A stretch of 64,000 nucleotides of DNA, from NCBI RefSeq assembly GCF_964355755.1, contig NC_092680.1:6262001-6326000 (forward strand). Direction: 5' to 3'. Positions 1 to 13,300 of the stretch are shown in pieces (position 1 is the first letter of the stretch; each line of letters opens with the position of its first letter). Made by a program: the position numbers and the translations under genes. The DNA is from Antedon mediterranea (taxonomy: Eukaryota > Animalia > Echinodermata). Under the pieces are notes generated by a model. That model was not told the origin of the DNA, did not search any database, and worked only from the letters and a program-made list of their open reading frames with translations.

Positions 1-314
1 TTAATTCACGGATCTATAATTAATATATATGAAATATGGATATTACAACAAATATCTCAACAGGCCGGGTTTAGTACTAACTAAAAACTGTAGGCCTATT
101 TATAATTGAAATATAGGCGAGGCGTGCTATTTGGTATTAGTTTATCGGGACAATTTTGTTAGGTAATGAACGTTTTTGATCATCAGAAAATCGTTTTTGT
201 AACTGCTTTTGGAAATTATAAAATATTAAACTTTATCTCGAAAATACAAACCAAGTAATGCCAACTAATGCTAGATTGTTTTTGTTTTTAATATTCCTTT
301 CCCTCTTTGTGCCA

Positions 315-437
315 AGAGACGCAACGCAATGACGTAAGCGCATCGGTAACTTATTTGACCAATCACAAGCAATGGATATTCAAACTGTCGCTTGTCATTG
401 GTCAACACGCTTGCGTTGCGTCTCTAGTGGGAACCAA
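315..437. mobile_element. Small MITE remnant (GACGCAACGCAA family)
   Basis: 15-bp inverted repeat AGAGACGCAACGCAA (315-329) / TTGCGTTGCGTCTCT (411-425), inner TTGACCAAT/ATTGGTCAA. The right end CTAGTGGGAACCA matches the mini copy at 7270-7330. Confidence 0.6.
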
Positions 438-1089
438 CCGTTACTGATCCACCATTGCTTCGTTGTGTTTGCAAATCACTTAAATGATCCATTTGAATCC
501 GATATCAAAGCGTACATACATACAGGTACTGTAACGAATTGCATATCAAAGACGAAACATCTTCAATGAAAGTCTGTTATACCATCTAATCGATCAATCG
601 CTGTAGCATTAGCTAGCGGCTCTCCCATAGAAACACAACTCAAATACAAATGAAGTAACAAGTCATTTTTTTGTAAGGCGTAAATGCTCATTTAAAGGAG
701 TTCAGCAAAGTTCAATATTGTCATTAATATTTATGTACATTATGATATTAACATTTTATTATATATTGAAACATTAAATTCCATAAACATACACATTACG
801 ATATTCAAATATAATGCTTTGTTTGCTTGTACAAATACATGTAGTATGACATTAAAATACAAACAAATTCTGAAAGCATTGGATGATGGTTCGTTTTGGC
901 AGATGGTTCCATCAATCTAATGTTTCTGACCGGAGATGTTTATTTGTGTTGTCATCAATAAGTTTTTCAAACATGATCACGTAGCGTATGTCGAGGCATG
1001 TACATTATGCGTGTGTCTCCGTACATGATATGAAGTATCAACCATGTTGATGGTCTCTTAAAGTATTAAATCAATAATTAAATCATAAA

Positions 1090-3430
1090 CTAGATTTGAA
1101 CTCGTCACTTTGGACGAGTTAGGTTATCCGCGCCTACACTACCCTATATGAAAAAATAAGCGCGAACGTGTCACGTCTGCTTATATGACCTGATTGCGTC
1201 AGTATACTGTATATACTGTTGTATATCTTAGGAGAAATTACATGGCAAGACCTAGTCAACACAAATTGACAACAATAAAAGCAGGAACGTTATAACAAAT
1301 AATTATTATTTTTATACGTACCAAATGAAAGTAGCCTATGGAATCTATTTTATGAAAAGTAATATTAAAATGTGATATTTATAAAGCGTCACTATACAAA
1401 CTAAGATATATTGTAGGTGATATTTAATGGCAAACGAGATGTGTGAACGTTGGTATAGACTATTTAATCGCAGTGAAATAGGCGTTTAATCAAGGCATGC
1501 CGGTACATCAAGACTAACGGCCTTACGGACTGACAGCACCGAATCCCGGTAAACCAGGTAATTGTGTGAGGCGTTTGTATGACGCTTATATAAAAAAGGT
1601 ATCTTTGACATTGCCGCATGTTATTTTATGAAATATATAATAATGTATATTTATGAAAAATTCTAAACCCGAACTATATCTCTTGAGGCTGAGAGGTGAA
1701 ATGACCTTTGTCATCACTTTGTGTTCTTATTACACTAATGCAATTTCATAAATATTATTTTTAGACTTAATGTCTTTTATATGATACGAATGGTATTTTG
1801 CAAAAGAGAACCGGATTCATGCTATTCAATCATAATAATACATCAATAATAAATTAATGATAAACACAATCTTTAAATGAGTTTAAAAATACGGAAGAAA
1901 ATGATAAAATATCAATACATTCTAGGCCTAATCATATAAAATGTAGCTCCGGTTTCAATTTATAGCATACCGGCCTAGTCTGTTATTGATTGATCTCTAT
2001 CAACAAATAAAAAACTTAAAATCACACTAAAATAGGATTTTCTCTCATTTATTGAAGAGATTTGAAGATCGTAACTGGAGACCCACTTGATAGTTTGATT
2101 TAGTTCGCTTTTGGGAATCCTGTCTCTCTGTATTGTTTGTTATTTTTTGTTTGTTATAATTATGTGAGACGAAATAAATGAAATGAAATGAAATGAAATA
2201 ACAGAGTTAGTTCGTAATGCACCTAACAAGATAATTTTCACTATACAACAGCCCTGTTGACACTCTAAAACCATAAATGCACTTGCGTACATGCTCGTTA
2301 AAAAAGGGAATCTTCCTCTTCTTTCATTAGCACAATACACCTTTGAAACAACATTGAAAAAAAACCCCAAATTTTTCTGACAACGGTTATTAAGCAGAAG
2401 GAGCGTCGTGAAATGGGCCCCATTTATGTAAATTTAAGGCATTTATGATTTATTAAGTGTCATTTTACTCAATATCAATGTTTTTGCAAACTTTATATTT
2501 TATGATAAACAACACATGGACCCTCTAAAGTGTGCCCTTATAGAGGTGTCCTCTGAATATTGGTGTTGCCCGTATTGTAAAAAAGTAATATCATTATTAT
2601 AGTTCGTTGTCCAGAAAGTTTTTAAAAATAGGGATATCCATACAAAAAAAATTTTACTTTTTCTATTTATATTGTAGCTGCACTTGATCATGAACACGTT
2701 CAATCATAATTATTATCGTATACCACGGGAATGAGATACCAAAAGAATTCCGTATTGAAGTCAGTGCCAATGGCAACCACTTTAAAAGAGATAAAACAAA
2801 TCGATGTAACAGCAACCTGTGATATTACAAGGTGTCTCGACCCCTTTTACTATATTATCGATTAAACACTAGATTATTCGGCTGCTGTTAGAACTCTTGA
2901 ACAGCAGATTGGAACAATGCCATTCTAAAGCATGTTATAAACAAAAGTAAACGCTTAAAATACAGTCAATAATTGTCTAACGTATCGTTTCTACTATTCT
3001 TCTATCATGTGTTGTATTTTTAAAATGTTTTTGAAATTAATTTAAAATAAGTACTATGCCATCAGACATTGTGAAGCTTTCGATTCTGTATAGTAGACGC
3101 TAATTATGCATTTGTTAATCTGCGCATGCTTATAAGCTCAACAATACTATATAATACTGTTCTGTACATTCAGGACTGTAAAAAATATCAATCTGCGCAC
3201 GCGTAATTGTATAAGGCTATTATGCTTTTCGTAGGTAAGCGATGCAGAAAACATTAATTATTCATTAGTTTATTATGAATATGCATTATGTGTGACATAA
3301 GAATAATATTGAACTAAACTATAATTCGCCATACAGTGAAAACAGTTCCCATGGGCCGGCTTTACCTGTTGATGTACCGTATATGGGTTAGAATCCCATG
3401 AGCAACTTCTTTTTATTTTATAGTGAAAGA
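1090..3430 (-). mobile_element. Putative non-autonomous Helitron, family 2
   Basis: Minus-strand 3' end: hairpin AACTCGTC-caaagt-GACGAGTT then CAAATCTAG|T (CTAG at 1090-1093). Candidate 5' end A|TCTTTCACTATAAAATA at 3430. No coding capacity; pairing of the two ends is inferred. Confidence 0.5.
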
Positions 3431-4390
3431 TATGGGGGGAGGGGGGGGGGGAGGGGTTACTAATATAATAATACATAAAGCTATTGGTTAAGAGTTAAGT
3501 TGGGGATAATAACTCATGGATGGGGTCAAAGAAATCCGACCGAGAGCGGCCTACCGAGGGAATTGCAATAAAAACGAGGCTTGGTTGTTACTGTCAGTCC
3601 CGGTGTCACGAGCGACGTGTGTGAACGCGGTATGCAAGTAAGTCTTGGGAGTACTTCACAGTAAAAACAAGGACTGTTTATGAACTTTTGAAATAGTATG
3701 GAATATGAACTACTATCGACAAATTGTTTACAATTATCAAGAAATATGATTCCACATGCAATTAAAACTACCAATACCTAATCAATAGGTCTACATTACC
3801 AAATTATTATGGCGGTGTAAACTTGCTTTTAAATGAATGGATACTTTGAACATCAAGAAGAAGAGACAAAATTAGCAAAATCTGATAATGAGCTAGAAAG
3901 ACCGGTTTCTTCTGCTCTAAAATGCAACTTGGGAATAAGATCATATGATCTTACAAAACAAACATTGTGCACATTGTGTGTAAATGGACTACATTATTTC
4001 TACTTAAAATGTTATCTGAATCCATTTTGCTAATGTCTCTAGGCGCGCTTTCGTTCGTCTGTTGAGAGGAGCACACGCGTATCCTGTTCTTTTATTTCCC
4101 TACAACCTCAGGTCATTATTGGGCAGTGACGGATGTCTGACATTCCAAATATTTATTTTTGATTTTTTTTAAAGAATATATTTGTCTAATTATAGACCTT
4201 GAGCACTGTTGTGGAGATATCGGCCTACGCCTTATAAATACTGATTATATTGCACGTAAACTTAGCTTAGTTTTTGTATTCAATATAAGAAGCGGTTTTA
4301 TAGTTCATGATATGACCAAAATGACTATAACTGTCTGTGTCGCAGGTCGTGTTTGATCAGTAGGCCACACTGCGAGATCATTTGACTATA

Positions 4391-6355
4391 GATACAGCAC
4401 GAGTAGCGGACACCGGTCCGCGAAATTTTTTTTACTCGTCAGATAAGGCAGAAATCATGAATAATTCATTAAAGAATTGCAAGATAGCTGATCTACTTCC
4501 TAAATATACTAAACCTAACCCTCTAAATAATCTCTCTCAACTATTAAAAAAAACATGTTCTTGAAAGACCTCGAACCGAGGGCTCCAGCGTAATAGGTTA
4601 AAGCCTTTACCACTAGACCAAACATTTCGGTTGGCAAACGCTGTTTACACAAATTATTTAATATCTCTGCATGCTTATATAGCGCCCTCTCTAATGTGGC
4701 ATATTATGTCATAATTATTCTAACTAGATGGCACGCTCGCTTCGCTCGCGTACCATCTAGGTCGTGCCCACAGATGGTTCTCGAATACACAGTATTTCCA
4801 GCGAGAAAAAAATGGAGATTTCAAATGTACGTACCGCAGGACTATAATACATTGTCGTTTACAGAAACGAATAAATATACACAATGATTTATGTAGTCAA
4901 CCAAAATTAGCACCCTGGGAATTACTTCCGAGAGAGAAACACATTTTTTTATTTGGACTCATTTAAACAAACCCAATTTGTGTTTTGTATGTAACATTAA
5001 GGGTTGAGGGATGGGGAAAGAAGATAGGTACAAAGAGGAAACATTTTAAAATATATTCTTATCCACTCAGTAACGAAATATTGTTTTTAATGTTTTATAG
5101 GCCTATAAATAATATACCACTAAATACAGTAAAACATTTACGATTTAATACGGTACTTTGTTAAAACTCTCACTGTCATAGTCGATTGAAATAGTAAAGT
5201 ACATGTAACGATACACCACTACGACGTTTATATTTTTTAAATTATTAATTAATACAAACGTTGAGAAGCAACTGTCAGTAATAACGTTTATTTATTTGTA
5301 TATTATATGTTTATAATCTAACAGTAGGGCCTACCCACACTCACAGTAATAAAGTTTATTTGTATATATTTTATATTACATCTAACAGTACCAACACTCA
5401 CAGTAAGAAATTTGCGATTCAAATTGCGATCAAAAGTGGTTAATACCTTAACAGTATTGTACAGCATTGCAATACTATTTATGTTTATTCTCCAAGGGGG
5501 CCCATAAATCTAAATCTATACCTCTATGGTTAAACCAAATAATTTGGAATGTTTATTTGTATATTATATGTTTATAATCTAACAGTAGGGCCTACCCACA
5601 CTCACAGTAATAAAGTTTATTTGTATATATTTTTATATTACATCTAACAGTACCAACACTCACAGTAAGACATTTGCGATTCAAATTGCGATCAAAAGTG
5701 GTTAATACCTTAACAGTATTGTACAGCATTGCAATACTATTTATGTTTATTCTCCAAGGAGGCCCATAAATCTAAATCTATACCTGTATGGTTAAACCAA
5801 ATAATTTGGAATGTTCCATTCATCACAAATCAATACATTTGTAAAAACGTATATTAAATGTATCAAAATAGTATTTTTTAAAGAAAATCGGCCTGTCTTC
5901 AACATTATGATGCTGTACTCGAACTGTTCAACCGGTTTTCAGCTATTAAAAACAATTATCGTAGGAGGAGATAGAAAAATGCGAAGCCTCCTCGCATTTT
6001 TGTGGCGGGTATTTTTCAAGATGGACATCCATTAGACAGTGTATACCACGATCGGAAAACACCCCTATTTGGGGCAAATCTTTGAACCTAAATTCGTTTT
6101 AATCGTCAATAACTAATTATCTAACTTAATTTAATTAGTAAACAGGGTTACATCAGGTGGTTAAAATCAGTACCGAAAGTACGAACCAACTTTACATACC
6201 ATCGAGTAAAAATTCTAAAAGTAAGGCGCGATTTACCGAATTTTGCCCTTACGTAAATTTATATATAGATGAATTATTCATGATTTCTGCCTTATCTGAC
6301 GAGTAAAGACAATTTTGCCACCGGTCCCGTGCCCTGGTCCGTATTCGCTACGTCC
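4391..6355. mobile_element. Non-autonomous TIR element interrupted by Helitron copy 1
   Basis: Perfect 38-bp inverted repeat 4431-4468 / 6270-6307, with weaker outer similarity (GTAGCG..ACCGGT). TSD not identified. Confidence 0.6.
4724..6269 (-). mobile_element. Non-autonomous Helitron family 1, copy 1
   Basis: Minus strand reads A|TCTATATATAAATTTACG...GCGAGCGAAGCGAGCGTGCCATCTAG|T, inserted between A and T with no TSD. Near-identical to 49517-51342; two ~262-bp internal tandem units. Confidence 0.9.
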
Positions 6356-7269
6356 TTTTTCTGACCAGGGCAGTCGACACCTGCCATTGTACTTTCTAGT
6401 GTTCGATCGGGGGACATACCTGCTTGCGTGGGTCGCTCAATATATTAGTTATATGCACTTACTAACTGTCTTGTCAATGTATGTGCAGTGTTTCGCTATT
6501 CATCATAGAGATATTATAGTGAACTATAATTAACGTCTCTATATTCGCTATTCAATCAAGCTTAGACGACGGTTCATTAGTTGTGCATAATTGTTTTAAC
6601 GGACTAAATATTTTCCTAGGAAACGATGAATATTTCATCGTCTTTAAATTATCCGACAAATCTGCTCATCTACTTTCTCGTGGAATGATGATTCGTGTAA
6701 TTAGCAGTAAATGTCCTAACTGAGGTCGTCACGAATTCGTAATCATATTTATTATAATCATCTTATATGTTAATAAAAGAGATCATTTTTAAGGAAATGA
6801 AATGGCTCAAATATACCATTTTAAGTGTAATCTTGTTTGTCGATCAAAGAATTTCTTCGCAATCAACAATTTATTTTTAATTGTTTGAGAGCTACCAAAA
6901 ACTTTTTTTCTGTAGTAATAATACAATTTTTTTGCATAAACTACGGGAATACGCTTTATTTTAAATCTAATTTATCACTGTATACGTCATAAATAATTAT
7001 GACTGTTACAGTTATATAATAGAGTGTAATTAATTTGAAATCATTGGCACATGTTCCATCATGCTCTATCACCTTTCGTTTTCATGATGCACCGGTCAGG
7101 TCATGGACAAACTCAACTAAAGATCACCCTGCACATGCTCATATGTTTCTGAGCATGCGCAGAATGACGTTTCTACTGTTGCGAGTGGATGCGAACAAGA
7201 AATGTGTAAATACAGTCTACTTTTTTACTCAAAAAATAAACTTTTTGGTGATCGTTCGTGAGCATCTTA

Positions 7270-7330
7270 AAGCTTGGTTCCCACTACAGACGCTACGTCC
7301 TCGCGTTGCGTGCTAGTGGAAACCAAGCTT
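7270..7330. mobile_element. 61-bp internally deleted MITE (hairpin)
   Basis: AAGCTTGGTTCCCACTA ... TAGTGGAAACCAAGCTT inverted repeat; same family as 315-437. Confidence 0.6.
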
Positions 7331-8733
7331 CTATATATAAATTTACGTAAGGGCAAAATTCGGTAAATCGCGCCTTACTTCTAGAATTTTTACTCGATGG
7401 TATATAAAGTTGGTTCGTACTTTCGGTACTGATTTTAACCACCCGATGTAACCCTGTTTACTAATTAAATTAAGTTAGATAATTAGTTATTGACGATTAA
7501 AACGAATTTAGGTTCAACGATTTGCCCAAAATAGGGGTGTTTTCCGATCGTGGTATACACTGTCTAATGGATGTCCATCTTGAAAAATACCCGCCACAAA
7601 AATGCGAGGAGGCTTCGCATTTTCCTATCTCCTCCCACGATAATTGTTTTTAATAGCTGAAAACCGGTTGAACAGCTAGAGTACAGCATCATAATGTTGA
7701 AGACAGGCCGATTTTCTTAAAAAAAATACTATTTTGATAGATTAAATATACGATTATACAAATGTATTGATTTGCGATGAATGGAACATTCCAATCTCTG
7801 TTTCACAAGTGGCTATTCCCTCAGGCGTCGTTAAAGGCAAGTACAGTACTGTATACTCGAAATTCGATCCATTTTTGTTTTCAATCTGTGCTGCAGAGGT
7901 TGGATATAATTTTTTTTTAAACGGATAATGAGCTAGCGTTTTCACTCGCCGTATATTATGTACAAATCTTTATTATTGCAGTTAAACCACCCACATCATC
8001 ACCTTTCCCTCACTGGCATGAGTAGCGTTGTAAAACCAGTAGAGAATAGGCCTACGGTACATCACATGCCCTAAACGCAGAACAACTTTGGTGGGTAGGG
8101 TAGGAACCAACTTAAGTATGAATTGGCTCTAAGAAACAATTGAAAACCATTAGGCCTACTAATTAAGTTGAGTTAGATAATTTAATATTTATTGACGATT
8201 AAATCGAATTTATGATTTTCCCCGAATAGAGGTGGTTTTCACAAATTGTTTTACATTATATTATAAACATATACACGTCGTAGTGATGTATCGTTACATG
8301 TGCTGTACTATTTCAATCGACTAGGACGGTGATAGTTTCAACAAAGTATTACATCGCAATGTTTTACTGTGTTTAGTGGTATAGGCCTATTATTTGTAAA
8401 ACATGAAAGCAATTAATATTTCGTTACTAAATGGATAAAGAATATATTTTAACATTGTTCCTTTTTGCACCCATCCTCTTCCCCATCCCTCAACCCTAAT
8501 GTTACATACAAAACACAAATTAAGTTTGTTTAAATTTGACTTAAACAATTGGTCTTATTTGTGACAAGTTTCTCTTTCGGAAGTAATAGGGTGCTAAATT
8601 TAGTTGAGTACATAAATCACAGTGTCTATTTATTCGTTTCTGTAAACGACATGTATTATTGTCTTGCGGTACGTACATTTGAAATCGCCAGTTTTTTAAC
8701 GCTGAAATTATTATGTATTCGAGAACCATCTAG
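7330..8733 (+). mobile_element. Non-autonomous Helitron family 1, copy 3 (diverged, different interior)
   Basis: Starts TCTATATATAAATTTACGTAAGGG. First ~460 bp and last ~470 bp match copies 1 and 2; ends CCATCTAG|T without the terminal hairpin. Confidence 0.85.
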
Positions 8734-10389
8734 TAACTATAATTTTGAGATTATTAATCAACTATTCGCGCCATTCAATGAGTTGCTGGTAAAAAAAAAC
8801 AATACGGTCTTCTCTTTCTCAAACGCCGGTATATTTCACGCTAAATTGATCTCTGTCATGTAATACTAGTTTAATCAACGAATCGCTATTTGGAATGTGC
8901 AACAACGTTTGAATACAGCTCTAATAAAAAAGAATAAGAAACTGGGGCAAGGCCCTAGAGTGTCGTTTTTGTTTAAAACAATCGAGAAGCGGTACGTAAC
9001 GCGGCTTTGTTTCATAAACAAGGTTATCTTATTATTACGTGATTCTCAATTTAGAATTATTCCTTTATTTCCAGCTTGTGCATGAATATCATAATATCGA
9101 TTTTTATTCCAAATTTTCTTCGACTACGCAGTTTTTTTTGCTGTTCAGTAATAAGTTGGAGAAGCATTAAAGTAATACATATAACATTTTGATATAATTT
9201 TCACCAAGTATATCATATTAAAAATGTATTTTTTTAAAGGCTCATCGATGTTATTTAATTCTGCATTGAGTTGTGGTAAAATATAAAACTTCTTGTAATC
9301 CATATAGATGATGGTTATGCACATTTTATTGATTATTACATACTAGTCCAGTTTGTAGACGGTGGCTTACTAAATAATAATATTAGTCAAAATACAAATT
9401 GGTACATATAGCGTTTCATACGTATTGTACTTTAGCTGGAATAAACATTGAAACGCCGACACAACTTAAAGTCTAACCTAACACCAGGGAAGAGTGAGAA
9501 TACACTCTTCCCAGCTAACACCAACATTATCCGATTTAGGTATTAGAACTTCAATTCATTCGTTTTGTTTTAAATACTAGGTCTATGGAATGTCACATAT
9601 ATTTATGTTGTAAACGTATTTTTTAAACCCAACATTAATTTGTACAATTTCAGTAATAACGGAGGTGTATCATAGAAAATCCCAAAGATACGCCGCATGT
9701 CGTATGGATCAGTTTATTACGATTGACTTATGTCTAAAATGCAAAGTGTCACGCAAAATTAGCGATGTTGACAACCAATTGAAACGTGAACAACCTGTGG
9801 TAAACTTTCAATGTTGAATATTGATATTTATGCCTATAGATGCATGCATGCATATATACATACAACATGGCCTATATTTTAGATTTACTAATTTTTTTTT
9901 TTTACAAAACCAATAATACGGAATGATTGATTGAATAATACAGCATCTACAATGAAATTTTGTGAGTAAGTAAGTGAAATAGTTCAGTATTTAGTTTAGT
10001 TACTTCAAATAGGAAAAACGAACATTCAATGTCAAAAGTCGTACCACGCCCATGCAACAATAATATTGTAGGGATAATTTAACTACTGGTATGTGCCTTT
10101 GAGTCAGGGAGGTGCATTAATTGGCCAAATGTTTTGCCCTACTGAGGCGAATTACTGGAGGAGATAATTACTCACTGCACCAATCCTTTACGTAAAAGCA
10201 TGGCAGGAGAAACAATATGTATTCAGTTATATTTACATAGGCCTATTATTTATAAATATCTCATTGATTATAAATTGCATTAAACTAAAAACACCTGTGG
10301 TTCTTTAACTGTAATATCTACAACTACAAACATTTGCGCAAAACAGAAATTCTTAGTTATTTTCCATCAATTGCCATTTCTTAACTCTG

Positions 10390-13300
10390 TTTTTTTTTAT
10401 TTTATTTTATTTTTTTTTATTTTATTCAATCAAAACCAACAGCGATAAATACCGCCACTAACAGGTTTGAAACATAAAACAATACAACATCAAAAACGGT
10501 TAACAATAAAATACAGATAAAATATATATATATATATAAAAAACATAGATTGGCATGCCATAAAAAATTTCAATTAAAACAGGTTATGCAGACTGTTCAA
10601 GAAGTGAACACATCATCGTCCTCTTAAAATAACCAAGTCTATCATTAAAAATATCGATATGATTGCTATTTAGATTATTAAATGTATAAGGTAGTCTATG
10701 AAAAAGTCCCCTCTTAGTACAGTCGACACGGCTAAAAGGAATATGCAATAAATGTCTATTTCGTGTACGACCAGGAACATTTAAACTAAATAGTGAAATT
10801 AATGAACAGTCATATTTAGAATTTAAAATATTATATAAAAAAACCATATCAGATATCGTTCGACGATTGCTGACAGAATCAATGGAAAAGGCAAAATTAA
10901 CACAGTTATAAGACAGGAATCGAACAAACTTCCGTTGAACAGTGTCGATTCGACGGGCCTGACATGGAGAAATTGAATTGAAAATTGCGGAACAATATTC
11001 AAGGTGAGGACGTATAATAGATTTGTATAAAGATAAAAGTGCCCTGCCGTCGTTCATAAACCTACAATTTCTCCATATTAAGCCCATCATTCTATTAGCT
11101 TTTGACAACACATGATTAATATGTGAACAAAAATTTAATTTACTATCAATAAAAATACCTAAATCTTTCCATACATAAACCATCTCAAGATCATGTCCAC
11201 TCAGATTATAATTGAAGAGCACAGGCTTTTTTTTAAGTGTTATAGATAAATATTTGCATTTATTAGCATTAAGTTTTATCCCCCACTTCTCCGTCCATTC
11301 CACGAGACCATCCAGATCCTCCTGAAGTGAAAAAGCATCCTGTGGAGTGGTAATCACTTTAAACAATTTCAGATCGTCAGCAAATAAAAGAGACTCGGAA
11401 TGATTAAATTTTAAAGGAAGATCGTTGATAAATAAATTAAACAAAAGCGGGCCCAGGATCGAGCCCTGCGGAACGCCCGATAACACAGGGAGCCAATCAG
11501 ATGTCTCTCCCCCAATGACAACACGCTGTTGTCTATTAGTTAAATAGCTTTTAAACCAACTTAACAGTGAACCGGATAAACCAAATTTTGAAAGTTTAAA
11601 AATAAGCAAATCATGGGAAACGGAATCAAAAGCCTTAGAGAAATCAGTGTAAATCACATCGCACTGCTTCTTGCTGTTAATTGCATCGTATGATGTAGCA
11701 AGAAGCAGTGCGAGGTTGGTTTGACATGATCTCCCAGAGACAAAACCATGCTGCCTAGGACTTAAAGCATTAGCAACATGTGATGACAAACCATCATGCA
11801 CAATGCGCTCAAAAATCTTAGACATAGTAGGCAATAACGAAATAGGACGATAGTTACAGATTAGTTTTTTGGGACCACTCTTGTGAATTGGGACAATATT
11901 AGCGTGTTTCCAAGATGAAGGAAAAACCCCAGAATTAATAGATAGCTGAAACAATTTGCAAAGCGGATAAGAGAGTGAGGAGGAGGCACCCTTTAAGACA
12001 ACGTTACTAATCTGATCAATGCCAGTAGCTTTATTGATATCAATGTTACTAAGTGCCTTTTCCACAGAATGCTGATTCACAGACAGAGAACTTAAGTTAT
12101 CCACCGCATAGTCAGGAAGACCTGGATAGTCCCGGGGAACGTCCGGAGAAGGCTCACTGAAAAAAGAATGAAAATAAGAATTAAATGTGGTAGCTTTATC
12201 ATAATTAGACTGGAATGAAATGTTATCGTGACTCATGACAGAAGGAAGATTATTTGACTTGTATTTAGTTTTCATCCAGCTCCAGAATCTTTTACTGTTA
12301 GTGACAATTTGCTTAGCCAAAGAGTCCAAGTAATCTTTGTACTTTTTATTGCACATTTTTTTAAAAGACGCGCGAGCAAATTTGAAATTACTTTGGGCTA
12401 ACCGATTATTATTTTTTTTCAGATATCTATAATACTTTTCTTTGAGTTGAAGCGCACTTCTCAACTCATTGTCAAACCACGGAGGAAGCTTTCTGCGCTT
12501 TCTAATTTTAGGCACTGTGTCATTGACGGCAGCATTTAACAAATTATAAAACATATCCAAAGCTTCATTTAAATCACCTTCAAAATCAATTAAGACACTC
12601 CATGGAACACAGTTAAGAGTATTACATAGATTATTGACATCAAGTGCTTTAAAATTGTAAATTATACTTTTACGATTCAAATTATCATTACTACATTTAA
12701 CATCAAAATTTAAACGGAAATCAATTCTCAAAGATGAGTGGTCAGATAAAAAAATATCGTTAGCAGTATAGACTTTGTCGGAAATGTTTTTACTACAAAT
12801 AACAAGATCAAGCATTTTATCCATTCTTGTACAGTACGTATTGCATTGAAATAGGCCACAGCTAGAAAGCAATACATCAAGTAAGTGTTCTCCCATGGAC
12901 TGAGCTGGAGCAGAATAAGGGTTGCTACTCCAATTAATTTCGGGCAGGTTGAAATCTCCAAGAATGAGGAATTCACTGTTTTTGTAGTAGAGCATAGCGA
13001 TTTCCACAGACGAAGTAAAACGACGGAGGACATCGGGTGTAGCGTTTGGTGGTCTATAGAATAATCCAACAAGTAGGCTAATACGCCGCTTTAGCTGAAT
13101 CTCTATCCACATGAACTCCGTTGAATCACTTTCTAGGCGTTCCACTCGGTTACAGGTAAATTTGTTATTCACTAGCATCAGGATACCACCACCGCGTTTA
13201 TCAGTATCTCTATCGCGTCGAAATAAAGTGTAATTAGAAACGGAAAGTTCAGAATCGAGCACGTTGCAGTTTAACCATGTTTCCGTAAGTGCGACAATAT

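Noticed and set aside
3433-3457. G-rich run as a functional G-quadruplex (also C runs at ~48634 and ~51661)
   Set aside because: Simple homopolymer tracts with no supporting context.
5811-6035. Identical 74-aa ORF here and at 49751-49975
   Set aside because: Identity reflects recent Helitron duplication; the ORF is antisense to the element, altered in copy 3 and has no recognisable domain.
12728-13072. 114-aa ORF overlapping the LINE ORF
   Set aside because: Alternative-frame by-product with a non-ATG start and no motif.
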